From NCBI GenBank assembly GCA_018829775.1, contig JAHJTL010000075.1, positions 416 to 64,415 on the forward strand: a DNA stretch of 64,000 bases, read 5' to 3'. Position 1 is the stretch's first letter. Every line of letters begins with the position of its first letter. The stretch is from Chloroflexota bacterium (GTDB lineage Bacteria > Chloroflexota > Dehalococcoidia > Dehalococcoidales > RBG-16-60-22). Of this stretch, positions 27,580 through 36,651 are shown in pieces. The notes beneath the pieces are model-generated. The model had not been told where the DNA came from, did not search any database, and saw only the letters and a list, made by a program, of their open reading frames with translations. Both the position numbers and the translations under genes were made by a program.

Positions 27580-28401
27580 TCATTCAGGACGACGGGATAC
27601 GACCAGAAGCATCGGTGATTGCAGGATGTTGGCTTCTGCGGATAGAGATGCAACTTTTACTTGGTGAAATCCAGTGGCAAATCCGGGGTAAGTAGCTTTA
27701 AACTGCCAGCCGGTGTTGTTGAAAAGCGTGATAAGCTCAGGCAGGCTCCAGATACGGTGGTCAAGCTCGATTATCTTCTCCAGTTCAAAAGTCAGCTCTC
27801 CGGTTTGTTTTAGATAGAGCCAGGTATTGTGATTCCGCGATTTCTCGGTATCAAATCTTCTTTCCTCGAGAACAATCCAGTCGTTATTTCGTGAAAACCC
27901 CTTTTCCTCATAGTTCTGGAGGAACCAGTCCTTGTTCACAATATCCAGGGCGAAGAAGCCGCCAGGCTTCACCAGTTTGAGGCAGTCGCGCAGTATGTTC
28001 TCGTTGGTTTTGTCATCATAGAAGCCGAATGAAGTCCAGAGGCAGATAATGCCATCAAACGGCGGCTCATCGGGGAGGCTGGAAGCAATCTGACGCATGT
28101 CCGCCACCTTGAATTTCGCCCGGTCGGACAGCTTCTCCTCCTGGGCTTTACTGGCTGCGATTTGGATATAGTGGGACGAGATATCGGTGCCCAGAACCTG
28201 GATGCCACGCTGCGCCAGCGCCATGGAGTGACGTCCGATGCCGCAGTTCAGGTCGAGGACGCGTTCCGGCTGGAATCCCTGTTCTTTCAGGTAGTGGAGA
28301 AGGGCATCGGTTTCCTTCGGCGCCTGCGCGAGGCGCTCCTCGAAGGCGCCGACAAACAGCTCGGGATGCTCTTCAAAGAGCTCTTCCGTCCAGTGTGTCA
28401 T
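27580..28401 (-). CDS. Class I SAM-dependent methyltransferase
   Basis: VLDLNCGIGRHS (motif I) ... GTDIS ... FDGIICLW. Confidence 0.85.
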   Translation of the reverse strand: MTHWTEELFEEHPELFVGAFEERLAQAPKETDALLHYLKEQGFQPERVLDLNCGIGRHSMALAQRGIQVLGTDISSHYIQIAASKAQEEKLSDRAKFKVADMRQIASSLPDEPPFDGIICLWTSFGFYDDKTNENILRDCLKLVKPGGFFALDIVNKDWFLQNYEEKGFSRNNDWIVLEERRFDTEKSRNHNTWLYLKQTGELTFELEKIIELDHRIWSLPELITLFNNTGWQFKATYPGFATGFHQVKVASLSAEANILQSPMLLVVSRRPE

Positions 28402-28445
28402 CGCGGAAAACCTGTCGGCTTTGAATGGTATCTAGCGCGGCGGTA

Positions 28446-28784
28446 TCAGAGATGTCGCCATTTGGAGAGCATCAGTTTCTCATCGTTGAGAAAAAATTTG
28501 CCTTCTTCGGTAATATCAACCACATCGGCCCTGATGAGGAATTGCAGGGCATTCTGGCTGTAATCACGTCGGGTGAACATCCTCCGGAATATGGACTTCG
28601 GTTTCAGCTCCAGCTCTTCGACGGTCATGGCATTATTTGCGCCGACGGCGTTCTTCTGTCGGAACGTCCTGATTACTCTGGGGACAGAGCGCATTATCAG
28701 CCAGTAGGGCAGGAAGAGGACCGATAAAATGAACAGTATAACAATGATTATAATGAACAGTATGCCTTGCGTATCCATAATCAA
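28446..28784 (-). CDS. Hypothetical membrane-anchored protein (112 aa)
   Basis: GAGGTGA SD, N-terminal TM ILFIIIIVILFILSVLFLPYWLI, soluble C-terminus. Confidence 0.6.
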   Translation of the reverse strand: MIMDTQGILFIIIIVILFILSVLFLPYWLIMRSVPRVIRTFRQKNAVGANNAMTVEELELKPKSIFRRMFTRRDYSQNALQFLIRADVVDITEEGKFFLNDEKLMLSKWRHL

Positions 28785-29126
28785 ATCACCTCAATCCAGT
28801 GCTTACCTGTATAGAGCCAGAGAGCAAACCTCTTATATTGTACTACATCCGCTTTGTTTTTTATTACTTTTGCCAGTTGCTCACCAGCGGGATGAGGAAG
28901 GCAACACAACCGGCGAAAAAGACGATGCTGCCACCGAGACCAAGCAGGTTGTTGTCGGTAAGACTCTGCGCGATGAAGAATACGGCGCAGACGATAAACA
29001 GAAGCCAGCCGGCAAGGTGATAACGCTTCTCCGTTTTACTGATAGCAGCTACCTCCTGTCATGTAAATGCTGCGTTCGCCGTATCATTATAACATAATTG
29101 ATTTTTTATCTGGTTGCCGTCTCTTG

Positions 29127-30248
29127 CTATTTCAGGTAGCCAATCCTGAACGGTTGGGGTGCGGCGAGCTCGGGTCGTCCGCAGAGCGGCGGGGTAATGT
29201 TGCGGCAGGTAACGTGGCAGTTGGCCGTGCACCCATCGATGGCCTGGAATCGGCCGTCTACCTGCTTGCGGGCGAAAGGCAATATGAAACGCTCGCAGTG
29301 AGGCAGGCCAAACGAGTCGGACTCAGCGGCACTGAGTTCCTGGCAGGTGGCGTAAGTCATCCCGGTTTCTTCTACCAGCGCTCGGAGTCGGTTGTGCAGT
29401 GCCAGACGAATATCCCTCCGCAGCAGGTATCCCTGGCTGGTACCGCCGCGCTCATAGCAGTATTCCCGTTCAAAGCATCGGGCTGCTTCAGGTGATTGGC
29501 GATGAACCACGTCCCGGATACGCTGCCACAGGCTTATGCCATCCGGGCTGGCTGACTTTTTGGACAGCCGGCCGGTGCTGCAGACGATGTGCTTGGCTCC
29601 GGTTCCGGCAAAGGTGCCAACAAGCTCTTCAATTTTCTGGAACCAGGCGTTGCCGTACAGTGCCTGGAAAAGGTGGATGAAGATGGGGTCGAAGCGAATA
29701 AGGGTATCGATGCCAAGAGCGGAAAGCTGGCGCACCGATGCCAGTCGCTGTTCCAGCGGAGGAGCCGCCGGCGAAAGCAGGTGCAGGATGTCGGCGGTGC
29801 CTTCAACGGTGATGGCGATGAATTTTGGCCGGTAGCTGATAAAGCCGGGCAGGTCCAGGAGAAAGCCCGGGTCACCCTTGGTGGTGATGGCAAAGCCGAC
29901 GCCATAGTCCATCAACAACTGTATTAATCTCTTCACCTCGGCCCTGAGCTCCGGGATGGGCTGGCAGGGGTCGGAAACGTTGGAGATGGAGATGGGCGGG
30001 CAGAGGTTTATACGCTTTAAGTCTCTGGCCACGAGTTCCGGCAGGTTGCGATAAATGAGCGTTTCGGCTGCGTAGTTCGAGTAGATGGCCTCACGGGCAT
30101 AGCAGTACAGGCAGTGGTGCACGCAGTGGGCCGGGCCGGGTGGGGTAACGTTGATAATCCAGAAGTGTGGGCACTTCCGGGCGGGGGTGCAATACGGGTA
30201 GTCGTGCAGCGTGGAGCCTTTTTTGTCGATGAGCTTTATCCCTGGCAT
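29127..30248 (-). CDS. Radical SAM protein (SPL/SplB-like, COG1533-type)
   Basis: CVHHCLYCYAR (CxxxCxxC) near the N-terminus, with additional C-terminal cysteines. Confidence 0.8.
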   Translation of the reverse strand: MPGIKLIDKKGSTLHDYPYCTPARKCPHFWIINVTPPGPAHCVHHCLYCYAREAIYSNYAAETLIYRNLPELVARDLKRINLCPPISISNVSDPCQPIPELRAEVKRLIQLLMDYGVGFAITTKGDPGFLLDLPGFISYRPKFIAITVEGTADILHLLSPAAPPLEQRLASVRQLSALGIDTLIRFDPIFIHLFQALYGNAWFQKIEELVGTFAGTGAKHIVCSTGRLSKKSASPDGISLWQRIRDVVHRQSPEAARCFEREYCYERGGTSQGYLLRRDIRLALHNRLRALVEETGMTYATCQELSAAESDSFGLPHCERFILPFARKQVDGRFQAIDGCTANCHVTCRNITPPLCGRPELAAPQPFRIGYLK

Positions 30249-30267
30249 TATTCAAATTATACACCAG

Positions 30268-31023
30268 TCAGGGCCTGGCTTCCTCAGGGATGTAGGCGAA
30301 GCTACCTTCTATATTGGCCAGAAGCTGGTCGGCGAGGACGGCCAGGATGGCCGCCGGCACGGCGCCTTCGATGATGTAGGCGAGGTTGTCCTGCACCAGT
30401 CCGGCAATTATCGGCGAGCCGAGCCCACCGGCCCCGATTGCCGCTCCAATCATGGCCGTGCCGATATTGATGATAACGCTGATACGCACGCCGGCCAGAA
30501 TGACCCGTGCCGCCAGCGGAATCTCGATGCGAAAGAGCGCCCGCAGCCGGCTCATCCCCATACCATAGGCGGCATCGAGCACGTCAGGGGGCACGGAGCG
30601 CAGGCCGGCAATGGTGTTACGCACCACGGGAAGTAGACCGTAGAGAAACAATGCAACCACCGTCGGCAGCAGGCCAAAGCCGAGCATGGGTACGGCCAGG
30701 GCCAGAACCGCCACCGGGGGAAACGTCTGGCCGAATGAGGTGAGGTCGGTGATGATGGGCAGGAAATCGCGACCGCTGGGACGGGTTACCCATATGCCGA
30801 GCGGTACGCCGATGAGTATGGTCAGGCTGCTGGAGATGCCGACCAGCCCTAGGTGTTCCACGACCAGAGTTAGCAGTCCAGCGCGGGGGTGAAGTACCTG
30901 CGATTCCTGCGGGAACAGGTGCCTGAGGGATGCTTCCCATATCCCCATGTTGGCGATGAGGGCAACGAAGGCCGCGCTCGATATCGCCAGGATAATCCAG
31001 CGCCATGTCTGTCGGTTGCGCAT
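30268..31023 (-). CDS. Osmoprotectant (glycine betaine/choline-type) ABC transporter permease
   Basis: BPD-type permease; part of a 4-gene operon with a PF04069-like binding protein. Confidence 0.85.
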   Translation of the reverse strand: MRNRQTWRWIILAISSAAFVALIANMGIWEASLRHLFPQESQVLHPRAGLLTLVVEHLGLVGISSSLTILIGVPLGIWVTRPSGRDFLPIITDLTSFGQTFPPVAVLALAVPMLGFGLLPTVVALFLYGLLPVVRNTIAGLRSVPPDVLDAAYGMGMSRLRALFRIEIPLAARVILAGVRISVIINIGTAMIGAAIGAGGLGSPIIAGLVQDNLAYIIEGAVPAAILAVLADQLLANIEGSFAYIPEEARP

Positions 31024-31026
31024 GGG

Positions 31027-32124
31027 TTATTCCTCCGCCTCGGCGGTTGCCGCCTCGACATCGCTCATGGTTAACTCGCCAATGAGGTGCATATTATCAT
31101 CGACCACGGGAATGCTCTTAAATCCCTGTCCCAGCATGCGGGAGAGGGCCTCACGTAACGTGGCGCTGCTCAGGAGGGAGATATCTTTAGTATCCTGGAT
31201 AACAACGGCTTGCTTTACCGAAGTGACTTCCGACAGGCTGGCCCGGTCTATCCAGCCGATTAATCGACCATTTTTATCAACCACCCAGGCCGACCTTCCG
31301 CTACCGATAACGGTCTCCGCTTCTTTGGTGGAAGCGCTTAGCGCCACCGAAGCCGCCGGCCTGATGAAGCGTTCCACGCTGATGCGGGAGAGCCGTTTGA
31401 GAGCACGGTCCGTGCCGACGAAGTCGTGGACAAACTTGTTGGCTGGCTTAGAAAGTATCGTCTCCGGCGTGTCGTACTGTACCAGCTTTCCCGCCGCCAT
31501 GATGGCGATACGGTCGGCCAGTCTGATAGCTTCATCGAGGTCGTGGGTGACCAGGATGACCGTTTTTTTCAGCTCCTGCTGGATGGCCACGAACTGGGCC
31601 TGCAGTCTTTCCCGGGTCAGCGGGTCGACGGCGCCGAAAGGCTCATCCATGAGCAGTATCGGCGGGTCGGCGGCCAGGGCACGGGCCACGCCAATCCGCT
31701 GTGCTTCGCCGCCGGAAAGCTGATTTGGATATTTGCCAGCATACTCGGCAGGTGAGAGCCCGACGAGCGTCAGCAGCTCTTCGACCCGATTGGCAATGCG
31801 TGGCTTATTCCAGTGCAGCAGCTCCGGCACGGTGGCGATATTGGCGGCCACGGTGAGGTGGGGAAAGAGCCCCACGCTCTGGATGGCATAGCCGATGGAC
31901 CGACGCAGTTGCTCCGGTTTAACCTGACCGGCGTCCTTTCCATTGACCAGAATGCGACCGGCGGTCGGCTCGATGAGGCGGTTTATCATCCGCAGGGTGG
32001 TCGTCTTGCCGCAGCCCGACGGACCGATAAGGACACATACCTCACCCTCGTTCACCTCAAGGGAGAGGCCGTTGACGGCGACTGTCTCACCGTATTTTTT
32101 GGTAACTTGCTCCAGTTTTATCAT
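31027..32124 (-). CDS. Osmoprotectant ABC transporter ATP-binding protein with tandem CBS domains
   Basis: GPSGCGKTT, LSGGEAQR, LLMDEPFGAVD; C-terminal CBS-like region. Confidence 0.9.
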   Translation of the reverse strand: MIKLEQVTKKYGETVAVNGLSLEVNEGEVCVLIGPSGCGKTTTLRMINRLIEPTAGRILVNGKDAGQVKPEQLRRSIGYAIQSVGLFPHLTVAANIATVPELLHWNKPRIANRVEELLTLVGLSPAEYAGKYPNQLSGGEAQRIGVARALAADPPILLMDEPFGAVDPLTRERLQAQFVAIQQELKKTVILVTHDLDEAIRLADRIAIMAAGKLVQYDTPETILSKPANKFVHDFVGTDRALKRLSRISVERFIRPAASVALSASTKEAETVIGSGRSAWVVDKNGRLIGWIDRASLSEVTSVKQAVVIQDTKDISLLSSATLREALSRMLGQGFKSIPVVDDNMHLIGELTMSDVEAATAEAEE

Positions 32125-33305
32125 GATGCTCCCGCTGCCAGTCCTTTCGGGGTGCTGACCCGGACCACCGTCCGCATCACCGCATCCACGACCAGCGCGA
32201 GGACGATTATGGGGATGGCGCCGAGTATGATGAGGTCGGGAGCGGCCTGCCCCAGCCCCTGAAAGACGAACCAGCCCAGCCCCCCCGCGCCGATGAGCGC
32301 CGCCACCGCGGTCAATCCCACCGCCTGCACCGAGGCGGTTCTGACCCCTTCCAGTACAAGCGGGGCAGCGAGGGGAACTTCAAGTCGACGGAAGACCTGG
32401 GGTCGGCTCATCCCCATGCCCAGACCGGCATCGATTACCGCCGGGTCAAGCTGGCGCAGGCCAACAAAGGTGTTCCTGACGATGGGCAGCAGCGAATAGA
32501 TAATAAGGGCAATGAGCGCCGGTGCCACACCCACGCCTCGAATGCCGAATTCACGCAGCGCGGGGAAAGCAAAAGACAGGGCGGAAAGCGGCGCGATGAG
32601 CAGGCCGAAAAGGGCGAGGCTGGGTATGGTCTGGGTGATGTTGGCGAAGTAGATAATCGGTTTCTCGGCACGGCGACTCCGCGCCGCCCAGATGCCCAGC
32701 GGGATGCCGATGAGCGTGCCCGCCGTTACGCTGCCACCGAAGAGCAGAATATGTTTGACCACCTCCTGCTGGAACCGTGACTCGCGACCGAGAAACTCCT
32801 GAACCACGGATATGTTGTTCAGCCATCCGGTAAGCAAAAGAGTTACCACAGCGGCCAGTCCGGCCCAGGAGATAACATTCTGCCAGACTCTATCGTTCTG
32901 CAGGTTCTGGCGGGCGGCAAATATCAGAACATAGACGGCGGCCATGGTAATCCAGACACCGGTGCTCAGTGAAACGCGGGCAAACGCCGTACTGGTTGCG
33001 GTAAGCCTGGTTGCTTCCAGCCCGGCGAAGATGAAGGTCAGGATAAGGATCACATTGGCGGTAATGCCGGCGGTGATAGAGCGCCACTTATTTCTTTCCG
33101 TAAGGCTGAGAGCCAGACAGACAAGCCATAGTATAATAATGACCGCCACCACACTCCAGCCAAAAACCTCCCAGAGCGGCAGGCTCGTTCCGGCGGCAAG
33201 TCGGCTGGTCTTGAGCGTCAGCCAGCCAAAGGGAAGTGAAAAGAGGCCGATGATGGACCCGGTAACGGCCACGCTGTTACGGGTGACCCATTGCCGAATC
33301 ATCAT
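32121..33305 (-). CDS. Osmoprotectant ABC transporter permease (with about 180-aa N-terminal membrane extension)
   Basis: C-terminal half is similar to the 30268..31023 permease. Start overlaps the ATPase gene by 4 nt. Confidence 0.85.
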   Translation of the reverse strand: MMIRQWVTRNSVAVTGSIIGLFSLPFGWLTLKTSRLAAGTSLPLWEVFGWSVVAVIIILWLVCLALSLTERNKWRSITAGITANVILILTFIFAGLEATRLTATSTAFARVSLSTGVWITMAAVYVLIFAARQNLQNDRVWQNVISWAGLAAVVTLLLTGWLNNISVVQEFLGRESRFQQEVVKHILLFGGSVTAGTLIGIPLGIWAARSRRAEKPIIYFANITQTIPSLALFGLLIAPLSALSFAFPALREFGIRGVGVAPALIALIIYSLLPIVRNTFVGLRQLDPAVIDAGLGMGMSRPQVFRRLEVPLAAPLVLEGVRTASVQAVGLTAVAALIGAGGLGWFVFQGLGQAAPDLIILGAIPIIVLALVVDAVMRTVVRVSTPKGLAAGAS

Positions 33306-33325
33306 TCTTCATATCCTCAAAGGCG

Positions 33326-34246
33326 TTATTTCAGGAAACCATTGGCGACGAGGTAGTCGCGGGCCACATCAACGGCGCCCTGTCCCTCAAAGGCGATCTT
33401 GGCATTCAGGGCCTGCAGCGTCTCCAGGTCAAGGGTTTGGAATACCGGGTTGAGAATGGACTCAATCTCCGGGTGCTTTTCCAGGACTTCGTCGCGGATA
33501 ATCGGTGCCGGCTCATAGACGGGCTGGACATTTTGGGGGTCGCTCAGGACAACCAGACCGAGCGCTGCCAGTGAACCATCGGTGCCGTAAGCCATGGCGG
33601 CGTTAACGCCATCCGTCCCCTCAGCCGCCGCCTTTTCTGTCTGCGCCGTGTTGCCGCCGGAGAGCGTTAAGAGCTGGTCTTCTTTAAGGGTGAAACCATA
33701 GGCCTCCTGGAAGGCGGGGAGGGCAACGGGACTGGTGACAAACTCCTCTGAGCCGACCAGCTTGACGTAACCGCCACGGTTTACATAATCAGCAAAGTCC
33801 TCCAGGCTGCGGATGCCTTCCTTCTCAGCAAGTTCCCCCGGTATGGCGATGGCCCAGGTGTTGTTGGCCGGTGCTGATTTGAGCCAGACGATGCCGTACG
33901 CCTCGAAGTCGAGCTGCTTCACCCGTTCCCAGCCCTTCTGGGCATCATTCCAGACATCCGATTCCGTCTCATCGAAGAAGAAAGCGCCGTTGCCGGTGTA
34001 TTCGGGGTAGATGTCAATCTCGCCGCTCTGAATCGCCTTGCGCACCACCTGCGTTGGCCCGGTCCCTGACTTATCGACGACGTCAAACCCGTTATCCTGC
34101 ATCAGTAAAATAATCATTTGGGACAGCAAGGCACCTTCGGTATCTATCTTTGAACCCACGACAATACCTTTGCCGCCACAGCCGGTTACCACAAGCACCA
34201 GCAGCACTATCGCAATACCCGCCAGGAGTAAAACTCTTTTCATCAC
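33326..34246 (-). CDS. Glycine betaine/choline-type ABC substrate-binding lipoprotein
   Basis: Signal peptide with the lipobox-like LVVTGC. OpuAC-family pattern (GSK.DTEG.LL..M, IDIYPEYTGN). Confidence 0.85.
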   Translation of the reverse strand: MMKRVLLLAGIAIVLLVLVVTGCGGKGIVVGSKIDTEGALLSQMIILLMQDNGFDVVDKSGTGPTQVVRKAIQSGEIDIYPEYTGNGAFFFDETESDVWNDAQKGWERVKQLDFEAYGIVWLKSAPANNTWAIAIPGELAEKEGIRSLEDFADYVNRGGYVKLVGSEEFVTSPVALPAFQEAYGFTLKEDQLLTLSGGNTAQTEKAAAEGTDGVNAAMAYGTDGSLAALGLVVLSDPQNVQPVYEPAPIIRDEVLEKHPEIESILNPVFQTLDLETLQALNAKIAFEGQGAVDVARDYLVANGFLK

Positions 34247-34319
34247 TCGACCCCCTTAACAAAGGAATTACAATGCACCATTTAATCAGGATAAGCTGTT
34301 TTTGTCAATTAACAGCGGT

Positions 34320-35369
34320 TTAATCTACGATTATTTTTCCCTTCGGTTCGGCAAGGACTTCACCAACCAGAGCCGCTTCCTCAATACCTTCCTGATGCAT
34401 TCTTTCCAGCAGCTTCCGGGCTTTCTCGGGTGCCACTGATATAAGCAGCCCTCCTGACGTCTGAGGGTCAAAAAGGATATCGGCCATATAATCCGGGACG
34501 GACCTCTCCATGGAGACCATACTGGCGCGGAATTCGCGATTGCGGTGCAGCCCACCGGGAGTCAGGTCCTTTTCGGCATACTCTCTGGCTTCAGCGAAGA
34601 AAGGCACCGCTGCGGAATGGATTACCATGCCAACGTCGCTGCCCTCAATCATTTCGCAGGCGTGGCCGAGAAATCCGAAACCGGTGACATCAGTGCCGGC
34701 ATGAACACCTGTCTCCTGCATCAGTTCGGCCGCTTTTCGATTGAGTGTGGTCATACTCTTCACGATTTTGGCTTCCGCACCGGCACTCGCTACACCGCCT
34801 TTTATTGCGGTGCTGATAATGCCAGTGCCCAGCGGTTTGGTCAAAATCAGTTTGTCGCCAACCTGGGCACCGGTATTGAAAACCACTTTTGCCGGGTGGA
34901 TGACGCCGGTAACGGAAAGTCCGTACTTCAGTTCGGCGTCTTCAACGGTATGGCCGCCCACCAAAATGGCACCCGCCTCGTGCACTTTTTCCAGTCCGCC
35001 GGCCAGAATCTCTTTCAGGACAGATATGTCCATGGTCTTTATCGGGAAACAGACGATATTCATGGCGGTAAGCGGTCGGCCACCCATGGCGTACACGTCG
35101 CTCAGCGCATTGGCCGCAGCCACCTGCCCGAATGAATATGGGTCATCCACGATAGGCGTGAAAAAGTCCAGCGTCTGGATAACCGCCAGGTCGTCGGTCA
35201 GCTTGTACACGCCAGCGTCTTCGGCTCTCTCCATGCCCGCGATCAAGTTGGGATGAGAGACTAAAGGAAGATCGGCTAATGCCTTGTTGAGGTCTCCCGG
35301 ACCTATTTTACAAGCTCAACCCGCGCCATGAACGGTCTCGGTGAGGCGTGGTCGCGTCTCATCACCCAT
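34320..35369 (-). CDS. selD: Selenide, water dikinase SelD with in-frame UGA (selenocysteine) at codon 18
   Basis: The track ORF (34320..35246) continues upstream in frame through a single TGA (35316..35318) to ATG 35369, preceded by GGGAGG. Translation MGDETRPRLTETVHGAG-U-ACKIGPGDL aligns with E. coli SelD ..HGAGCGCKI.. (Cys17 position). Confidence 0.88.
35283..35315 (-). promoter_or_regulatory. SECIS-like hairpin immediately 3' of the selD UGA
   Basis: UGA-G-[CUUGU]-AAAAU-[AGGUC]-CGGGA-[GACCU]-CA-[ACAAG]: two 5-bp stems, an internal loop and a G-rich apical loop. Confidence 0.6.
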
Positions 35370-35444
35370 CCATTTCCTCCCTAATCATTACATCAAGTAA
35401 TATTATAGACGCTGAGCAGCCTCACCTCAACCCGCTGGACAATT

Positions 35445-35594
35445 TTATTTCTTCTCTTCTTCTACAATTTCACAGCAGCCACACTCGCACTGTCCACCCG
35501 TAGCACAGGGCTTACAGCAGTAAAGAACACCCTCTTTTGCGTGGCCCTCGCCGGTAATGGCGCAGCCGCAAGCCGGACAAATTTGCTCTGTCAT
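35445..35594 (-). CDS. Cys-rich metallothionein-like small protein (49 aa, 12 Cys), not in the ORF track
   Basis: AGGAGG lies 8 nt before the ATG. MTEQICPACGCAITGEGHAKEGVLYCCKPCATGGQCECGCCEIVEEEKK; the ..YCC.PCA.G.. core resembles bacterial SmtA/BmtA-type metallothioneins. Confidence 0.6.
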   Translation of the reverse strand: MTEQICPACGCAITGEGHAKEGVLYCCKPCATGGQCECGCCEIVEEEKK

Positions 35595-35694
35595 CTGGGC
35601 ACCTCCTCTTTTTTATCTATCTATCATACGCCTGTTGCTGACATCCGGTCAGCGACTTTTGTCTCACCCCACATGGCGACTGTTTCCGGGGGTT

Positions 35695-35940
35695 TTAGCC
35701 GGGCCAGCCGAAGAAAATTAAAGCGAGGACCGCGTGCACCATCACGGAAGGCCAGAACACCTTCCAGAGGTGACAGTGCCATTTGTAGAAGCTTTTGTAT
35801 AGCCGGCGCTGCATCAGGGCAGCGCCTATCTTTGAACCCGGCAGGCAACGGCAGGAGAAGAAAATGAGCAGGCCTGTTAACAGGTTCACAATGCCGAGAA
35901 GAAATATAACCCGTGGAGCAATGTCATAGAAAGATTCCAT
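35695..35940 (-). CDS. Small membrane protein (81 aa, 2 TM, conserved-looking His residues)
   Basis: GGAGG SD. TM segments VIFLLGIVNLLTGLLIFF and VMVHAVLALIFFGW; WHCHLW motif. Confidence 0.6.
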   Translation of the reverse strand: MESFYDIAPRVIFLLGIVNLLTGLLIFFSCRCLPGSKIGAALMQRRLYKSFYKWHCHLWKVFWPSVMVHAVLALIFFGWPG

Positions 35941-35960
35941 AGCTACCTCCGTTGTACAGG

Positions 35961-36599
35961 TTAGCGCGGCGGAAGGTCGATTTCACCGTAGCCGCGGTTG
36001 GAGTGCTTCAGGCTAAAATCATCGCGAGAACCGAAAGACCAGATTATCTGATTTTTACCGCTGGATAGCTCCTGGTCATACTGGTCCCCAGTGGCCAGTG
36101 CCCGTTTGAATTCGATGGTGGTGTAGCCATCCGCTTCCGCACCCCCGTACTCAATGATGTCATCGGTGCCGCCCAGCTCGGTGTCAGGGGGGTGGGGACC
36201 GAAATTGCCGGTGCTGTACAGGTCGAGAACGGTGACCTCTCCATCCTCAACGTAGCCGAAGACCATATCGGCGTCCTTCATTTTGCTCCCGGGCTGGACC
36301 GCCATGGCCACCCAGCCGCTGGTCTTAGCCCTCATGCCAATATATATATACTGCTGGTCACTGTTCCAGAAAAGTTCGTGAGCCCCATTCGCATGAGACG
36401 CCTCACTCAGGTACTCACCGCTGCCGATTACGCCATCAGGTTTCCACTCCTCCGATGGTTCTTGATGTGTGGCTGGGCTTTGTGCTGGTGCTGGCTCGAG
36501 TGCCGATTCCCGACAGGATATGCCGAAGATGGACAATGCCAGTAATAACAGCGCAAGGGAGGCCACGTACAGATGCTTCATCAGAGCACGCTTATTCAT
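35961..36599 (-). CDS. Secreted DOMON-domain protein
   Basis: N-terminal signal/anchor followed by a DOMON-like beta-sandwich pattern (YIYIGMRAKTSGWVAMAV..DADMVFGYV...TTIEFKR...IIWSFG). Confidence 0.7.
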   Translation of the reverse strand: MNKRALMKHLYVASLALLLLALSIFGISCRESALEPAPAQSPATHQEPSEEWKPDGVIGSGEYLSEASHANGAHELFWNSDQQYIYIGMRAKTSGWVAMAVQPGSKMKDADMVFGYVEDGEVTVLDLYSTGNFGPHPPDTELGGTDDIIEYGGAEADGYTTIEFKRALATGDQYDQELSSGKNQIIWSFGSRDDFSLKHSNRGYGEIDLPPR

Positions 36600-36651
36600 A
36601 AAACTGCCTCATCGTAGCATTGCCATGTATGAGCCATAATGCCAGAAAGCA

